Origin: an uncultured Bacillales bacterium
Lineage (GTDB): Bacteria; Bacillota_I; Bacilli_A; RF39; UBA660
DNA: 52,771 nucleotides
Direction: 5' to 3'
NCBI GenBank assembly: GCA_947089915.1
Contig: CAMUMB010000002.1
Span: 1-52,771 of the forward strand
Below the pieces are notes generated by a model. It ran no database searches. It was given only the letters and a program-made list of their open reading frames with translations, and was not told the origin of the DNA. Below, in pieces: positions 9,052 through 18,783 of the stretch. A program made the translations under genes and the position numbers. Position 1 is the stretch's first letter; every line of letters starts with the position of its first letter.

Positions 9052-9457
9052 TTATATATCCTGCAACCTTTAATTTATCTACTAATACAGATTCCGATAC
9101 TGCACCCACTATTCTTGGAAACAGTTTAATATTTCCTTCTGATACAAACACAATGGTTGGTGTCCCAGTTAAATTAGATGTATTCCAAACATCATTATAT
9201 TGTGTACGATCTAATTTAGATAAATCAATGTAATAAATTTCTAAATCATAATTGGTAATTACTTTCTCCAAAATTGGTTTTAGATCTTGACAATGGTTGC
9301 ACGCTGCAGAACCAATATAAAGAGCAAACTTTTCTTTATTTTCTAATTTTTGTTGATATTCCGTATAATCAATTTCTATATAAGACTTTGTTTCTTTGTT
9401 AGATGTGCATCCTGTCAAAAGCAGAAAAATGGTCAAGCATAATAATATTCGTTTCAT
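9044..9457 (-). CDS. thioredoxin-family lipoprotein (CxxC = CNHC)
   Basis: Lipobox LLTG|C. Active-site-like AACNHC. Overlaps the AAA+ gene by 8 nt. Confidence 0.75.
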   Translation of the reverse strand: MKRILLCLTIFLLLTGCTSNKETKSYIEIDYTEYQQKLENKEKFALYIGSAACNHCQDLKPILEKVITNYDLEIYYIDLSKLDRTQYNDVWNTSNLTGTPTIVFVSEGNIKLFPRIVGAVSESVLVDKLKVAGYING

Positions 9458-9526
9458 AATTTCACCTCATATTATTCACATTATATAATAAATCAAAAAA
9501 AAATAAAAGATGCTTTTGTACATCTC

Positions 9527-9940
9527 TTATTCATTTCGAATACTATATTCGATATTTGTTGCATGAGAAAGGTCAATGGAACATTCTGTTACTACCTCTC
9601 TAGTCTCTCTTTTTGGAACAATATCACCGACATATCCTTGTAAAACAACAATAGTATTACCATCAATATCTTTTGCAATAATATCGAAATTTTCCACTTG
9701 AATGTCCTCGTCTGATTCATTGGTCACTAGAGTCGTTAATTTAGACGTATCATCATCAATTACCAAAGCCGTATTTGTAAATTTCAGTACTCCCAATTCT
9801 CGATCTTTAATAACACCCTCATTGGTATTACCATGAACTGTATTATCTTCCGATTTTACTTCTTCTTTTTTAGAACAACCACAGCCTGTCATTCCCAATA
9901 AAAATATTGTTATCAGAAATCCAATTCCAATTTTTTTCAT
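9527..9940 (-). CDS. lipoprotein, unknown function
   Basis: Lipobox GMTG|C. The remainder is beta-rich. A terminator-like hairpin with a T-run lies at about 9497-9522 on the minus strand. Confidence 0.6.
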   Translation of the reverse strand: MKKIGIGFLITIFLLGMTGCGCSKKEEVKSEDNTVHGNTNEGVIKDRELGVLKFTNTALVIDDDTSKLTTLVTNESDEDIQVENFDIIAKDIDGNTIVVLQGYVGDIVPKRETREVVTECSIDLSHATNIEYSIRNE

Positions 9941-10027
9941 TAAATCGCCTCTATTCTATTAATCTTATTATACCATACATTTTAAAAATTACTAGCCAAC
10001 TATAACAAAAAAGTCTACTGAATAGAC

Positions 10028-10474
10028 TTATTGATAAAATAAAATTTGATCTGGCATTAAAAATATATTTTTATTCTGTTTAGCAAGCTCTGCATAATCT
10101 GTATTTAAATTATTTGACACAGATTCTACCGTATCTCCATCTTTTACACGATACATTTTAACACCATTTTTTGGTATTAAAATTTCTTGCCCAGGATAAA
10201 TATAATCATCCGCATCTAAACCATTGAGTTCAAGTAACATGTCATAATCTACATTGTAAGTTCTAGCGAGTGCATACATATTATCTCCCTTTTGGACGAT
10301 ATAAGTATCAAATAAATTATCTTCTTCTACTGGAACAATCAAAAAACTTCCTGGTCTTAGCATCACACTACCTGTAATCCCATTTAGTCTTCGTATGGTA
10401 TCTGTATTGGTATGAAATAAGTCTGCAATTTTCTCAATTGTATCTCCACCTTGTACTTGATATACTTTATACAT
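10028..10474 (-). CDS. protein with three LysM domains
   Basis: Three repeats of Y.V..GD(T/N)...(I/L)A....(N/T).......N. The start is placed at ATG 10474 behind GAGGTGA. The track start is a GTG inside the RBS. Confidence 0.8.
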   Translation of the reverse strand: MYKVYQVQGGDTIEKIADLFHTNTDTIRRLNGITGSVMLRPGSFLIVPVEEDNLFDTYIVQKGDNMYALARTYNVDYDMLLELNGLDADDYIYPGQEILIPKNGVKMYRVKDGDTVESVSNNLNTDYAELAKQNKNIFLMPDQILFYQ

Positions 10475-10528
10475 ATCAATCACCTCAATATAATATATGA
10501 AAAAAAGAAACTTGGGTCACTGTTTCTT

Positions 10529-11779
10529 TTATATTTCATATACCCCGAATTGTAAGCCAGTATTGAAAGCAAATTCTGGATTTTGTAAAACTAAACGAAC
10601 TCCCGTTGTATCATGATAATAGTAAATACATCCATTATCCATAAAATATAGATAATCGGATAAATAAGTTACTTGGTTTCTATCTTTTATGGTTGTAATA
10701 TAATAACGAACAGTTGGCATTTGTTTAGAGATACGATAAACACCATACCCTCCATCTACCAATTGGTATCCATAATAATAATCATCTGTTACATCAATAT
10801 GTTCGTAACCCTGAATTTCTTTTGGTAAATCATAGGGTGTAAAATAGGTATTCTGTTTTAATGCGTCATACATCGTCATTGTTTCCCACTTAGAAGCATC
10901 GTAAATTTGTACTCCAGAGTCAACATCCCCTACTTTGGTAACTATTTTATTGGATAAATCAATTTTATATTGTTTTTTATTAGTACGATCCAGTAAATAA
11001 ATGGCATTATCTAAGATACCCTGCATATAAGAATCTAAAGAAATCGCTTGATTAGAAATAATTTTTGTTACCCTTTGATTACTTAAATTGATTACAGAAA
11101 ATTCATGAAATTCATATTTTTCATTGTAATCTGCAACAATGTAATAGTTATTGTAAAATAACGCTACACTTTTTTGATACACGTCATTTTGAAACAATTG
11201 TTTTTCACGTAATAAATCTTTAGAATCCAATAGATAAATACCTTTATAATTTTCGATTGCAATTCTATGATTCTGTATCAGATTGTCATAAATAGAAATA
11301 CCTTTCACCGATTTTAAAATACTCCTACGGTCCATAAACTGAGTTTTATCATATCCCACCGAATCCAAAGTCGCAACAAAGGAATCCACCTCTGAATCTA
11401 TTCCAACTATTGTTTGATAAGGATAAATTGTATTATCTTTTTGACATACTACATCTAACTTGGATAAATGACTACCAATAGGATAGATACATTTATACTG
11501 ATTGTTTTCAAAACCATAAACAGATTCTACAATTTTACTTCTTTCTTTTGAAGATAACAGTTGTATTGGAAAAATAGTATCACCCATTTGAATCTCAAGA
11601 TGATAACCAGCTGCCTGATTTCTTGTCTTTTTGTGATACACCTCTGTAATCTCAAATTTTTCATTTTGTGTATTTACAATATAAGAAATGGTATGTCCGT
11701 TTCCTAATTTATTTTTACAAAATAAAATTCCAAAATAAACAACACATAATAATAGAAATATATAAACCAATTTTTTCAT
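10529..11779 (-). CDS. membrane-anchored hypothetical protein (beta-rich, Tyr-rich)
   Basis: N-terminal TM helix and a 390-aa extracytoplasmic region with no motif I can name. It overlaps the patatin gene by 4 nt. A hairpin with a T-run follows at about 10503-10528. Confidence 0.55.
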   Translation of the reverse strand: MKKLVYIFLLLCVVYFGILFCKNKLGNGHTISYIVNTQNEKFEITEVYHKKTRNQAAGYHLEIQMGDTIFPIQLLSSKERSKIVESVYGFENNQYKCIYPIGSHLSKLDVVCQKDNTIYPYQTIVGIDSEVDSFVATLDSVGYDKTQFMDRRSILKSVKGISIYDNLIQNHRIAIENYKGIYLLDSKDLLREKQLFQNDVYQKSVALFYNNYYIVADYNEKYEFHEFSVINLSNQRVTKIISNQAISLDSYMQGILDNAIYLLDRTNKKQYKIDLSNKIVTKVGDVDSGVQIYDASKWETMTMYDALKQNTYFTPYDLPKEIQGYEHIDVTDDYYYGYQLVDGGYGVYRISKQMPTVRYYITTIKDRNQVTYLSDYLYFMDNGCIYYYHDTTGVRLVLQNPEFAFNTGLQFGVYEI

Positions 11780-13035
11780 ATCACATCACCACTTATCGTT
11801 CGAATATAAACCGCCTGTAAAAATTCATGAGGAAATAGCAAAGATAAACGATATAACTTCTTTCTATTTATTGTATCCTTTTTCATGAGTTCACACAAGT
11901 ATTCTATCATAGAAGCACTCGAAAATAATTTTTTAAATTGATTTTTTTTAATCTTGTTTTCAATTGTTTTGTCTTGTTCTAGTGACTGATAACGTTTTAA
12001 TATTTCATCATTCCATTTTTGCATACTATATATTTTGGTTTCCTCCATACCAAAACTTTTTCCAAGCCACTCGATTTCCCGATTCCAATCTTGATAAGTT
12101 ACCTTTGCATTTGGAGTAATTAAAAAATGTTTCAAAACGGATATTTTAATCAAATTATCTAAAATGATATTTTTAGAAGAACATAAATAACGATGAAAAT
12201 ATTTTAAAAAAGATGAAAAATAGAAATCATAATTTTTCTTTAGATGCCCTTTTTTAAACGTAAAAATATTCCCATCCAATTTTTGATATACTTTCATCGT
12301 ATCATTGTATCCAAATCGAATACATCTTCTCGCCATATGTTTGTCAAAAACAAGGAAAGATCCAATTTTATTATTGGGAGAAATTGTAACAATTGGGATT
12401 TCCTTATTCTTTACTTTTTTCTTAAAACCAATTTCCTCTAAATCAACCGCAATCACCTCTGTCGCACCCATTTGAATTGCAAGATTAATTGGTAAATTAT
12501 CATAAAGTCCGCCATCAATATAAGTAGCATCACCAATTTTTTTCTTTTGGAATGCAGGATAACAAGAGGCAGACGCAATTAAATAATCTTTGAGTTGTTC
12601 TTTTGGGATATCCTTCTTTTGTAATAGAATTGGCTTCAAACTAGGTACTTTAACAGTTACAATTCCTAAATCGATGGGAGACCTGTATATTTTTTTCACA
12701 TTCAAAGCTTTTTCTACTGTATGTTCTAATTTCCCAATGTGCATGCCACCACCTAATATGGCCTGAGCATAGGTATGCAATATTGTATTTTTACCTTCTT
12801 TGGTATTATAATCCGCATCTATTTTATCAGCAAAGATTCGATTAAAATCCATATTAAACCATAGCCATAAAGCTTTCATATAATCCTTCTGCACCATCAA
12901 AGCTGCATTCAAAGCCCCAACTGAAGTACCCGTTACAATATCATATGTTATATTTAATTTTCTAAGGGCTTTCCAAACACCAATTTGATAAGCACCCTTC
13001 GATCCACCACCAGATAGGACAATTGCTCTTTTCAT
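11776..13035 (-). CDS. patatin-like phospholipase with C-terminal extension
   Basis: GGGSKGAYQIG (oxyanion hole), GTSVGA (GxSxG), YIDGGLYDN (Asp dyad). Start at MKRAIV (ATG 13035) behind GAGGTG. Confidence 0.85.
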   Translation of the reverse strand: MKRAIVLSGGGSKGAYQIGVWKALRKLNITYDIVTGTSVGALNAALMVQKDYMKALWLWFNMDFNRIFADKIDADYNTKEGKNTILHTYAQAILGGGMHIGKLEHTVEKALNVKKIYRSPIDLGIVTVKVPSLKPILLQKKDIPKEQLKDYLIASASCYPAFQKKKIGDATYIDGGLYDNLPINLAIQMGATEVIAVDLEEIGFKKKVKNKEIPIVTISPNNKIGSFLVFDKHMARRCIRFGYNDTMKVYQKLDGNIFTFKKGHLKKNYDFYFSSFLKYFHRYLCSSKNIILDNLIKISVLKHFLITPNAKVTYQDWNREIEWLGKSFGMEETKIYSMQKWNDEILKRYQSLEQDKTIENKIKKNQFKKLFSSASMIEYLCELMKKDTINRKKLYRLSLLFPHEFLQAVYIRTISGDVI

Positions 13036-13188
13036 ATGACACCTCAACTATATTATACTTTAAAATACCCATTTTTACTATAGAAGATAAACTTTTGACG
13101 TATTTCATTCGTTTATAGGGCATTTGTGCGACACCATTTGAAAAAAGTGGAATATGCTATATTGAATATAAAAGAAGGGGTGGATTAT

Positions 13189-13641
13189 ATGTGTGAAAAC
13201 AATAACAACAATAACAATGACTGCAAATGCATCGCCGAAATATTAACTGTTATTTGCATTCTTCAACAAAATGCAAACTGTGCAGATGGATGTTGTCTAG
13301 ATACTTGTGATCGTGGATTCTTAGGATGCTCTACAACAAGCTTAAACTGCAATACAAGACCAATTATGTTATATACTTGCTGCGGAAACGGAACACCATG
13401 GTCAATGCCAACTACAAAAGAAGCAGTTGTATGTGGTGAAGCTGGAGCCGTTTGTTCAAACGTATTTAGAGTTGAAAAAATAGATGGATGCTGTGCTACT
13501 TTTAGAGTATTGGCACCAAATCCTGATGCTGCAGAAGCTGCTACAATTCCTTATGTAGCAACAAATTCATTCTTCACAATGAATCTAAATTGTGTTTGTG
13601 TAATCAAATGCTTACAAGATACATTTGTTGAATGCATATAA
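13189..13641 (+). CDS. CotY/CotZ (ExsY)-family cysteine-rich spore coat/exosporium protein
   Basis: Start at ATG 13189 behind AAGAAGGGGTGG. VFRVEKIDGCCATFRVL and NLNCVCVIKCL are colinear with B. subtilis CotZ VFFRVERVHGSCATLSLL and DLDCFCAINCL (from memory). About 20 Cys. N-terminal Asn run. Confidence 0.8.
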   Translation: MCENNNNNNNDCKCIAEILTVICILQQNANCADGCCLDTCDRGFLGCSTTSLNCNTRPIMLYTCCGNGTPWSMPTTKEAVVCGEAGAVCSNVFRVEKIDGCCATFRVLAPNPDAAEAATIPYVATNSFFTMNLNCVCVIKCLQDTFVECI

Positions 13642-13643
13642 AA

Positions 13644-13665
13644 ATAGGCTCAGCCTATTTTTTTT
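13644..13665 (+). terminator. rho-independent terminator
   Basis: ataggctcagcctat hairpin followed by TTTTTTTT. Confidence 0.75.
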
Positions 13666-13674
13666 GATATGAAT

Positions 13675-14514
13675 TTATGCTTCCTTTAATTGATTTAATT
13701 GTTCCAACGAAAGACCAATTGTTTCTGAAATAAGTTCCATACTTACACCCTTTTTTAAAAGAGCCTTCGCAACTTCTATATTTCTATCTTCTTTTCCTTG
13801 TTCAATGCCTTGGGCAACTCCTTGATCAAATGATATATGTTTTTCGGTATTGAGTATCATCTCTGCATCCTCTTCTGGTGTAATCCATGGAGTATAGGCA
13901 TCTCTATCATTTAATTCTTCTACTTTCTTCGTATATTCTTCCATGTATTTGTCTCCTTCCGCTAATGTATTTAATGAATCTCTATCCAATCCCAACATAA
14001 TGAGATATTTATATTCTTCTATCTTCTTCTTATCTCCATTATACCAATACTTTGTGATTCTATCCATATTGTATTCAATGATTTTCATATTTTTTATATA
14101 CAAATAGCCATCTTTATCCATTACATAATACTCTCTACATTCTTTTTCATCATGCATTCCGTAGGATAAATCGATGTGTAGATATTCACTTACCAAATCA
14201 TATGCATTTCCTTTTCGTGTATTTTTGGAATAAATATTGGTAAAAAAGCAAAAATTTCTAACATGTAAGTATTCTTTGTAATTTTGATTTAATTCTACAT
14301 GTATATATTTACTTTTGGTTTTTACTAGTAAATCAATTATTTTTCTTCTTTCATTTACGTCATTTACTTTCAGTTAATTCTGTAGAAACTCGATATTCGC
14401 TATTTTTTCCTTGATAATCGGTTCTAAAAAATACATTAACATATAGGGATTATTCTCATCACATAAAACTGTTTTGAATACAACATCATAACAACCATTA
14501 TAAAATTTTGACAT
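13675..14514 (-). pseudogene. PD-(D/E)XK nuclease family transposase-like (Rpn/PDDEXK_2) gene with one in-frame TAA
   Basis: ATG 14514 behind GAGGAGG. It reads MSKFYNGCYDVVFKTV...EFLQN-TAA(14374-14376)-LKVNDVNERRKIIDLLVKTKSKYIHVELNQ..., then continues in the same frame into the 13675-14196 ORF. The C-terminal KALLKKGVSMELISETIGLS is typical of the family. Confidence 0.7.
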
Positions 14515-14609
14515 ATTTTACCTCCTCACTATTAACATAGTAAAGAAGTTATCATTTTCCTTTTAAAAAGACAAAAAAGATTGTCTTATAAACAATCTAT
14601 AAACAAATG

Positions 14610-15152
14610 TTAACGTATCTTTTGTTTCGATTTTCCTAACCGATGCAAAGCAAGCCCATTATCCCCTAACTGGCGACTTAAAAAATAAAAATCAATTGGA
14701 CCATCACTATTTTCATAATAACAGTTTTCTATTCGGTAACACCACTCTTCGTAAGTAAATAAATCCTGTGGTAAATAATCAACATAATAGCTCTCTACAT
14801 GTAGCCGTTTAAAAATAGTGTATACCCCCCCTCGCTCCAAATTTTCAATGAATGGACTATAGCTACAATACAAAGACCCTTTTTTAATAATACCGCCTGA
14901 TAAACAGCATGTTAAATCAGTCATGGCATGTCTTTCCCTTACCTGCGGATAAAAAGATACGTATGTATTTGGAAAAAGGTAAGAACTTATATACTTCAAT
15001 TTTAAATTTTCCACTGTTTTATAAAAAGACTCTACGCTGTAAAATGTTTCTATTTTTAATCTATTAACAAGACGTATTGGTAAATCAATTTCCTCTAGCA
15101 AAGATGTAATATCAATCGGTTCTAAATTGGTAAATAAATCTACATCAAACAT
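14610..15152 (-). CDS. hypothetical protein
   Basis: 180-aa ORF with an RBS GGTGA. No recognisable motif. Confidence 0.5.
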   Translation of the reverse strand: MFDVDLFTNLEPIDITSLLEEIDLPIRLVNRLKIETFYSVESFYKTVENLKLKYISSYLFPNTYVSFYPQVRERHAMTDLTCCLSGGIIKKGSLYCSYSPFIENLERGGVYTIFKRLHVESYYVDYLPQDLFTYEEWCYRIENCYYENSDGPIDFYFLSRQLGDNGLALHRLGKSKQKIR

Positions 15153-15229
15153 AAAATCACCGCCTGAAATACGCTTATTATATCATACATTTTTTATTTA
15201 TAACAAAAAATACACGATATTTCGTGTAT

Positions 15230-15550
15230 CTAATCTATAAAAGCAATATCAACTATATCGGAAATTGGAAGCAATTCATTATCAATTGTAATCAAGTGGA
15301 TATTATTTTGACCAATAATTTTCTTTTTAAATGTTCCATTTTTGGTCACAATTTTTACATCGGCTTTATATACATATCTAGGAGAAGCAAAAATATCACG
15401 TATTTTTTGATTGATATTTTTACCTGTTATACCAACACTTCTATCCTCTTTTTCTACCTGTTTTTCCTTTGTACCATAAGCAACTTTTTCATTATTTCCA
15501 AGTGGTTTATCAATTTTATTGGCAAAAATTCCTGGTAATTTTTTATCCAT
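15230..15550 (-). CDS. small basic hypothetical protein
   Basis: Start at ATG 15550 behind GAGGTGA. A loose resemblance to the CotO C-terminal region is unverified memory. The + strand ORF 15224-15538 has no RBS and has low-complexity content. Confidence 0.45.
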   Translation of the reverse strand: MDKKLPGIFANKIDKPLGNNEKVAYGTKEKQVEKEDRSVGITGKNINQKIRDIFASPRYVYKADVKIVTKNGTFKKKIIGQNNIHLITIDNELLPISDIVDIAFID

Positions 15551-15594
15551 ACGATTCACCTCAATATAGTATATGTTTCTACTTTTATAAAATG

Positions 15595-16422
15595 TTAATC
15601 TCCCCCAAACTTGATAGAAAAACGATACCCAATCATTGCAAGAAAAATTCCAATCACCAAATCCAAAAGGGTATAACTAGAAGCAAATACCTTTTGTAGC
15701 AATACAATAATGGAAGAGATCGTGAATCCCATAATAAAGGCATATGTGATATTCTTATAGTTCTGAAAACAATAATACATCAGTTTTGATACAAAAATTA
15801 CACCTAACATAAGACCCAGTCCAAAAAAGATAAAATAAGGTAAGTTGGAATATATTTCTTGTAAATTAGAAAGACTCCCAAATAAATTTAAAGCAAAAGA
15901 ATAACAGCCCAATATCATAAAAATAGCCGTTCCACTGATACCTGGAATCACCATAGTAGCCGCGTCTAAAAAACCAATTCCTAATATTGTAATATAAGAT
16001 TCCATACTTTTCTGTGGATAAAAATTAGAATTACTAGAAAAATAATTCAAACATAATACCCCAAAAACAGCTAGAAAAAAGAAAGCGATTAACGTTTTAT
16101 CATGATTTTGAATTTTTTGATATAAACTTGGAAAAACACCTGCAATAAAGCCGATAAACAAAAGCATCGTTGGTACATAACAAAATTCAAGTAAATAAAT
16201 AACGATTTTACTTCCAAAAGCAATTGATAAGATAAGACCGAATGCTAATGTACCTAAAAAAACAATATTTTCTTTAATATTCTTAAAAAAGTGACTAATC
16301 GCATCAATCGCTCTTTCATATACCCCAAGACTCACCGCTATCAAACTGCCACTAATACCTGGTATTACTTTCCCTAGACCAATCAACATTCCCTTTAATA
16401 CTAAACTGCATTCCTTTTTCAC
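15595..16422 (-). CDS. DUF368 family polytopic membrane protein (polyprenyl-phosphate transporter-type)
   Basis: Two copies of the (V/M)IPG(I/V)SG(S/T) motif (KVIPGISGSL and MVIPGISGTA) in a protein of about 8 TM helices. GTG start behind AGGTGA. Confidence 0.8.
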   Translation of the reverse strand: MKKECSLVLKGMLIGLGKVIPGISGSLIAVSLGVYERAIDAISHFFKNIKENIVFLGTLAFGLILSIAFGSKIVIYLLEFCYVPTMLLFIGFIAGVFPSLYQKIQNHDKTLIAFFFLAVFGVLCLNYFSSNSNFYPQKSMESYITILGIGFLDAATMVIPGISGTAIFMILGCYSFALNLFGSLSNLQEIYSNLPYFIFFGLGLMLGVIFVSKLMYYCFQNYKNITYAFIMGFTISSIIVLLQKVFASSYTLLDLVIGIFLAMIGYRFSIKFGGD

Positions 16423-16534
16423 AAAATCACCTAATATACTATATGAATGTAAAGACCAAAAAAGAAGATAGAATTGCTTGTACTAAAAGACAATATTTGT
16501 TATAATATCCTATATGAACAGGAGGGTTCTATTT

Positions 16535-17617
16535 ATGAAATGGATACAAAAAATAGACGCAAAAAATAGGATATTTGTTTTTGGAGGAATTATTATTGTA
16601 TTTTTCATTTTAGTAATTGCGATTGCCAGTATGTTTACTAGCCGTAAAATGTCATTTTCAGCGCTTGAACAAAAAATGAAAAGTGCAGCGCAATCTTACT
16701 ATCAGGATAGAGAGGATAGTTTACCAAAACAAGATGGTGAAAAGGTGACTGTTTCCGTAGAAGAATTGGTTGAAACAAAAAATATGAAATCATTAGACCA
16801 ATTAAAGAACGATGCAACTTGTACAGGATCTGTTACAGTAATGAATAACAATGGTTTTTATCTATATTTACCTCATTTAAACTGTGGAGAGGATTATACG
16901 ACAACAACTCTCGTATCTAAAATTACAAATCCAGCTAACATTGTTACTTCTGGAAATGGATTATATCAAGTGGGAAATGAATATATTTTCCGTGGTGAAT
17001 ATGTAAATAACTATGTTACATTTGCAAATGAACCATGGAGAATTATCAAAGTAAATTCCGATAATTCAATTCGTTTACTACATGTTGCCAAAAATGAAGA
17101 TGTGGAATGGGACGACAGATACAATAGTGCAACAGAAGATTCTGATGGAATTAATAACTATTTAGTAAGTCGTATTCGCGATAGTGTAGTGGAACGTTAT
17201 AATGATGAAAAATTTTTCACAGATACAAATCGTTCTTATATAATTTCTCATAACGTATGCATTGGAAAAAGAACTCCAGAAGATGATAATTCTGTAGAAT
17301 GCTCTAACATATTAGAAAATCAACCTCTTGCGTTACCGCGTGCGAGTGAAATTATGTTAGCAAGTATTGATCCACAGTGTACCAATATTTCCAGTATGAA
17401 TTGTGTAAACTATAACTGGATGGCAGATTTACCACAAGATTTCTGGACTGTTACAGGAGATTCTACTCGAACAAACTATGCATACAAAATTAATGGAATT
17501 GCAGTTGAGACTAGAACCAATAGGACTTCTGCGCTTAGTGTTGTATTACATTTATCTGGTGATATTGCATATACAAGCGGTGATGGTAGCGAAGAAAATC
17601 CATATATCATAAAATAA
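16535..17617 (+). CDS. membrane-anchored hypothetical protein
   Basis: Start at MKWIQK (ATG 16535) behind AGGAGGG. One TM helix, then a Cys-containing extracellular domain. A hairpin aatggcgaaagccatt with a T-run follows at 17616-17640. Confidence 0.55.
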   Translation: MKWIQKIDAKNRIFVFGGIIIVFFILVIAIASMFTSRKMSFSALEQKMKSAAQSYYQDREDSLPKQDGEKVTVSVEELVETKNMKSLDQLKNDATCTGSVTVMNNNGFYLYLPHLNCGEDYTTTTLVSKITNPANIVTSGNGLYQVGNEYIFRGEYVNNYVTFANEPWRIIKVNSDNSIRLLHVAKNEDVEWDDRYNSATEDSDGINNYLVSRIRDSVVERYNDEKFFTDTNRSYIISHNVCIGKRTPEDDNSVECSNILENQPLALPRASEIMLASIDPQCTNISSMNCVNYNWMADLPQDFWTVTGDSTRTNYAYKINGIAVETRTNRTSALSVVLHLSGDIAYTSGDGSEENPYIIK

Positions 17618-17694
17618 TGGCGAAAGCCATTTTTATTTTGCAAAAAGGATATTAATTTTTTCACTTTTATAATATAATAAGTAAAGGTGATAAT

Positions 17695-18297
17695 ATGAAG
17701 AAAATATTGAATTATAGTTTAGTATTAATAATGTTAATCGGGAATACCTATTTACTCATTAGGGATCTTAGTGCAGGAGATCATACAAGAATCACGACTT
17801 ATATTGCACTATATCCACTACTTCTTGTACCAATAGGTTTTAAAAAACTAATCCAATTCAAAATCAGCGTAGAATTGGAAGTTGTATATTATATCTTTTT
17901 ATTCCTTGCCCAATTTTTAGGATCTGGGGTAAATCTGTATAAATATATTAGCTGGTTTGATACCTTTACACATTTCCTATCTGGTATCTTAACTTGTTTT
18001 GTTGCACTGATTTTATTATATTTATTTAAACAAAATCCAAAGAAAAAAATTATATTCAATGTTACTTATATTTTAGGAATTGTTTTCCTAGTAGCAGGTG
18101 TATGGGAATTTTTTGAATTTGGAATGGATCAATTGACTGGTTCTAATTTACAACACTGGATGGAAACCGGTGTAGAAGATACCATGTGTGATATGTTAGC
18201 AGCCTTTAGTGGTAGCATGTTATTTACAATTGCCTACTTATACGAAATGTTGACAAATAAAAGTGGATTCATTACAAAATTCATTGATTCTTTATAA
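17695..18297 (+). CDS. polytopic membrane protein (possibly YjdF/DUF2238-like)
   Basis: About 5-6 TM helices with FDTFTHFLSG and WEFFEFGMD motifs. The family name is from memory only. Confidence 0.55.
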   Translation: MKKILNYSLVLIMLIGNTYLLIRDLSAGDHTRITTYIALYPLLLVPIGFKKLIQFKISVELEVVYYIFLFLAQFLGSGVNLYKYISWFDTFTHFLSGILTCFVALILLYLFKQNPKKKIIFNVTYILGIVFLVAGVWEFFEFGMDQLTGSNLQHWMETGVEDTMCDMLAAFSGSMLFTIAYLYEMLTNKSGFITKFIDSL

Positions 18298-18414
18298 GTA
18301 ATCGTCGGTATAATTATATATTATAGAAAGTATATAATTAGAAAATCATTATTTACATGAATTGACAAAAAACACGTATAATAAACGTGTTTTAAAGTGA
18401 ATTACTTAACTTTT

Positions 18415-18635
18415 TTAAATCCTATATTGCTTTGGCTGAATTAAAAGCAAGTTCGCTTCCTCAATTCTAGCTAAATTTTTATATTCTTTATTTTCTATAA
18501 TATAGTATTTTTCTCCCTTTCCTCTAATTTTAGGAACAAAACTAAAATATCCTTGTTCAATCTCATCAAAGATATAATATAGTCAGATAAATTAGGTATT
18601 TTACTTACCAAAAATTTATTTTCTATTTCTAACAT
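18415..18635 (-). pseudogene. CYTH-domain gene remnant (frameshifted, truncated)
   Basis: Minus strand reads MLEIENKFLVSKIPNLSDY. After a frame change near 18575 it reads IFDEIEQGYFSFVPKIRGKGEKYYIIENKEYK... The (E)xExKFL...I.QGY opening is typical of CYTH. Only about 70 codons remain. Confidence 0.4.
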
Positions 18636-18783
18636 TATATACCCTCAAAAGATAATGAACCACCCCGCTACAGAGCAGAAGGGGTATCACAAGGTATACT
18701 ATTTTATAGTTCGCTGCAAGCAGCGGGGAATTAAACCCTTAACAATAACAGTTCACTGAACTGTTATTGCTCCGATTAAATTA

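Noticed and set aside
5553-13035. Possible CBASS-like pairing of a cyclase (cdaA) with a patatin effector.
   Set aside because: The genes are 5 kb apart in different operons. cdaA is the housekeeping c-di-AMP synthase with its partner cdaR. No CD-NTase is present.
14374-14376. In-frame TAA considered as a recoded or read-through codon, or evidence for an alternative genetic code.
   Set aside because: TAA is the ordinary stop of many well-supported genes in this window, for example ctp and the amidase-LysM gene. Nothing suggests reassignment.
15224-15538. 104-aa + strand ORF.
   Set aside because: It is a mirror ORF of the minus-strand gene 15230-15550, which has a GAGGTGA RBS. The + frame is Phe/Ile/Asn low complexity.
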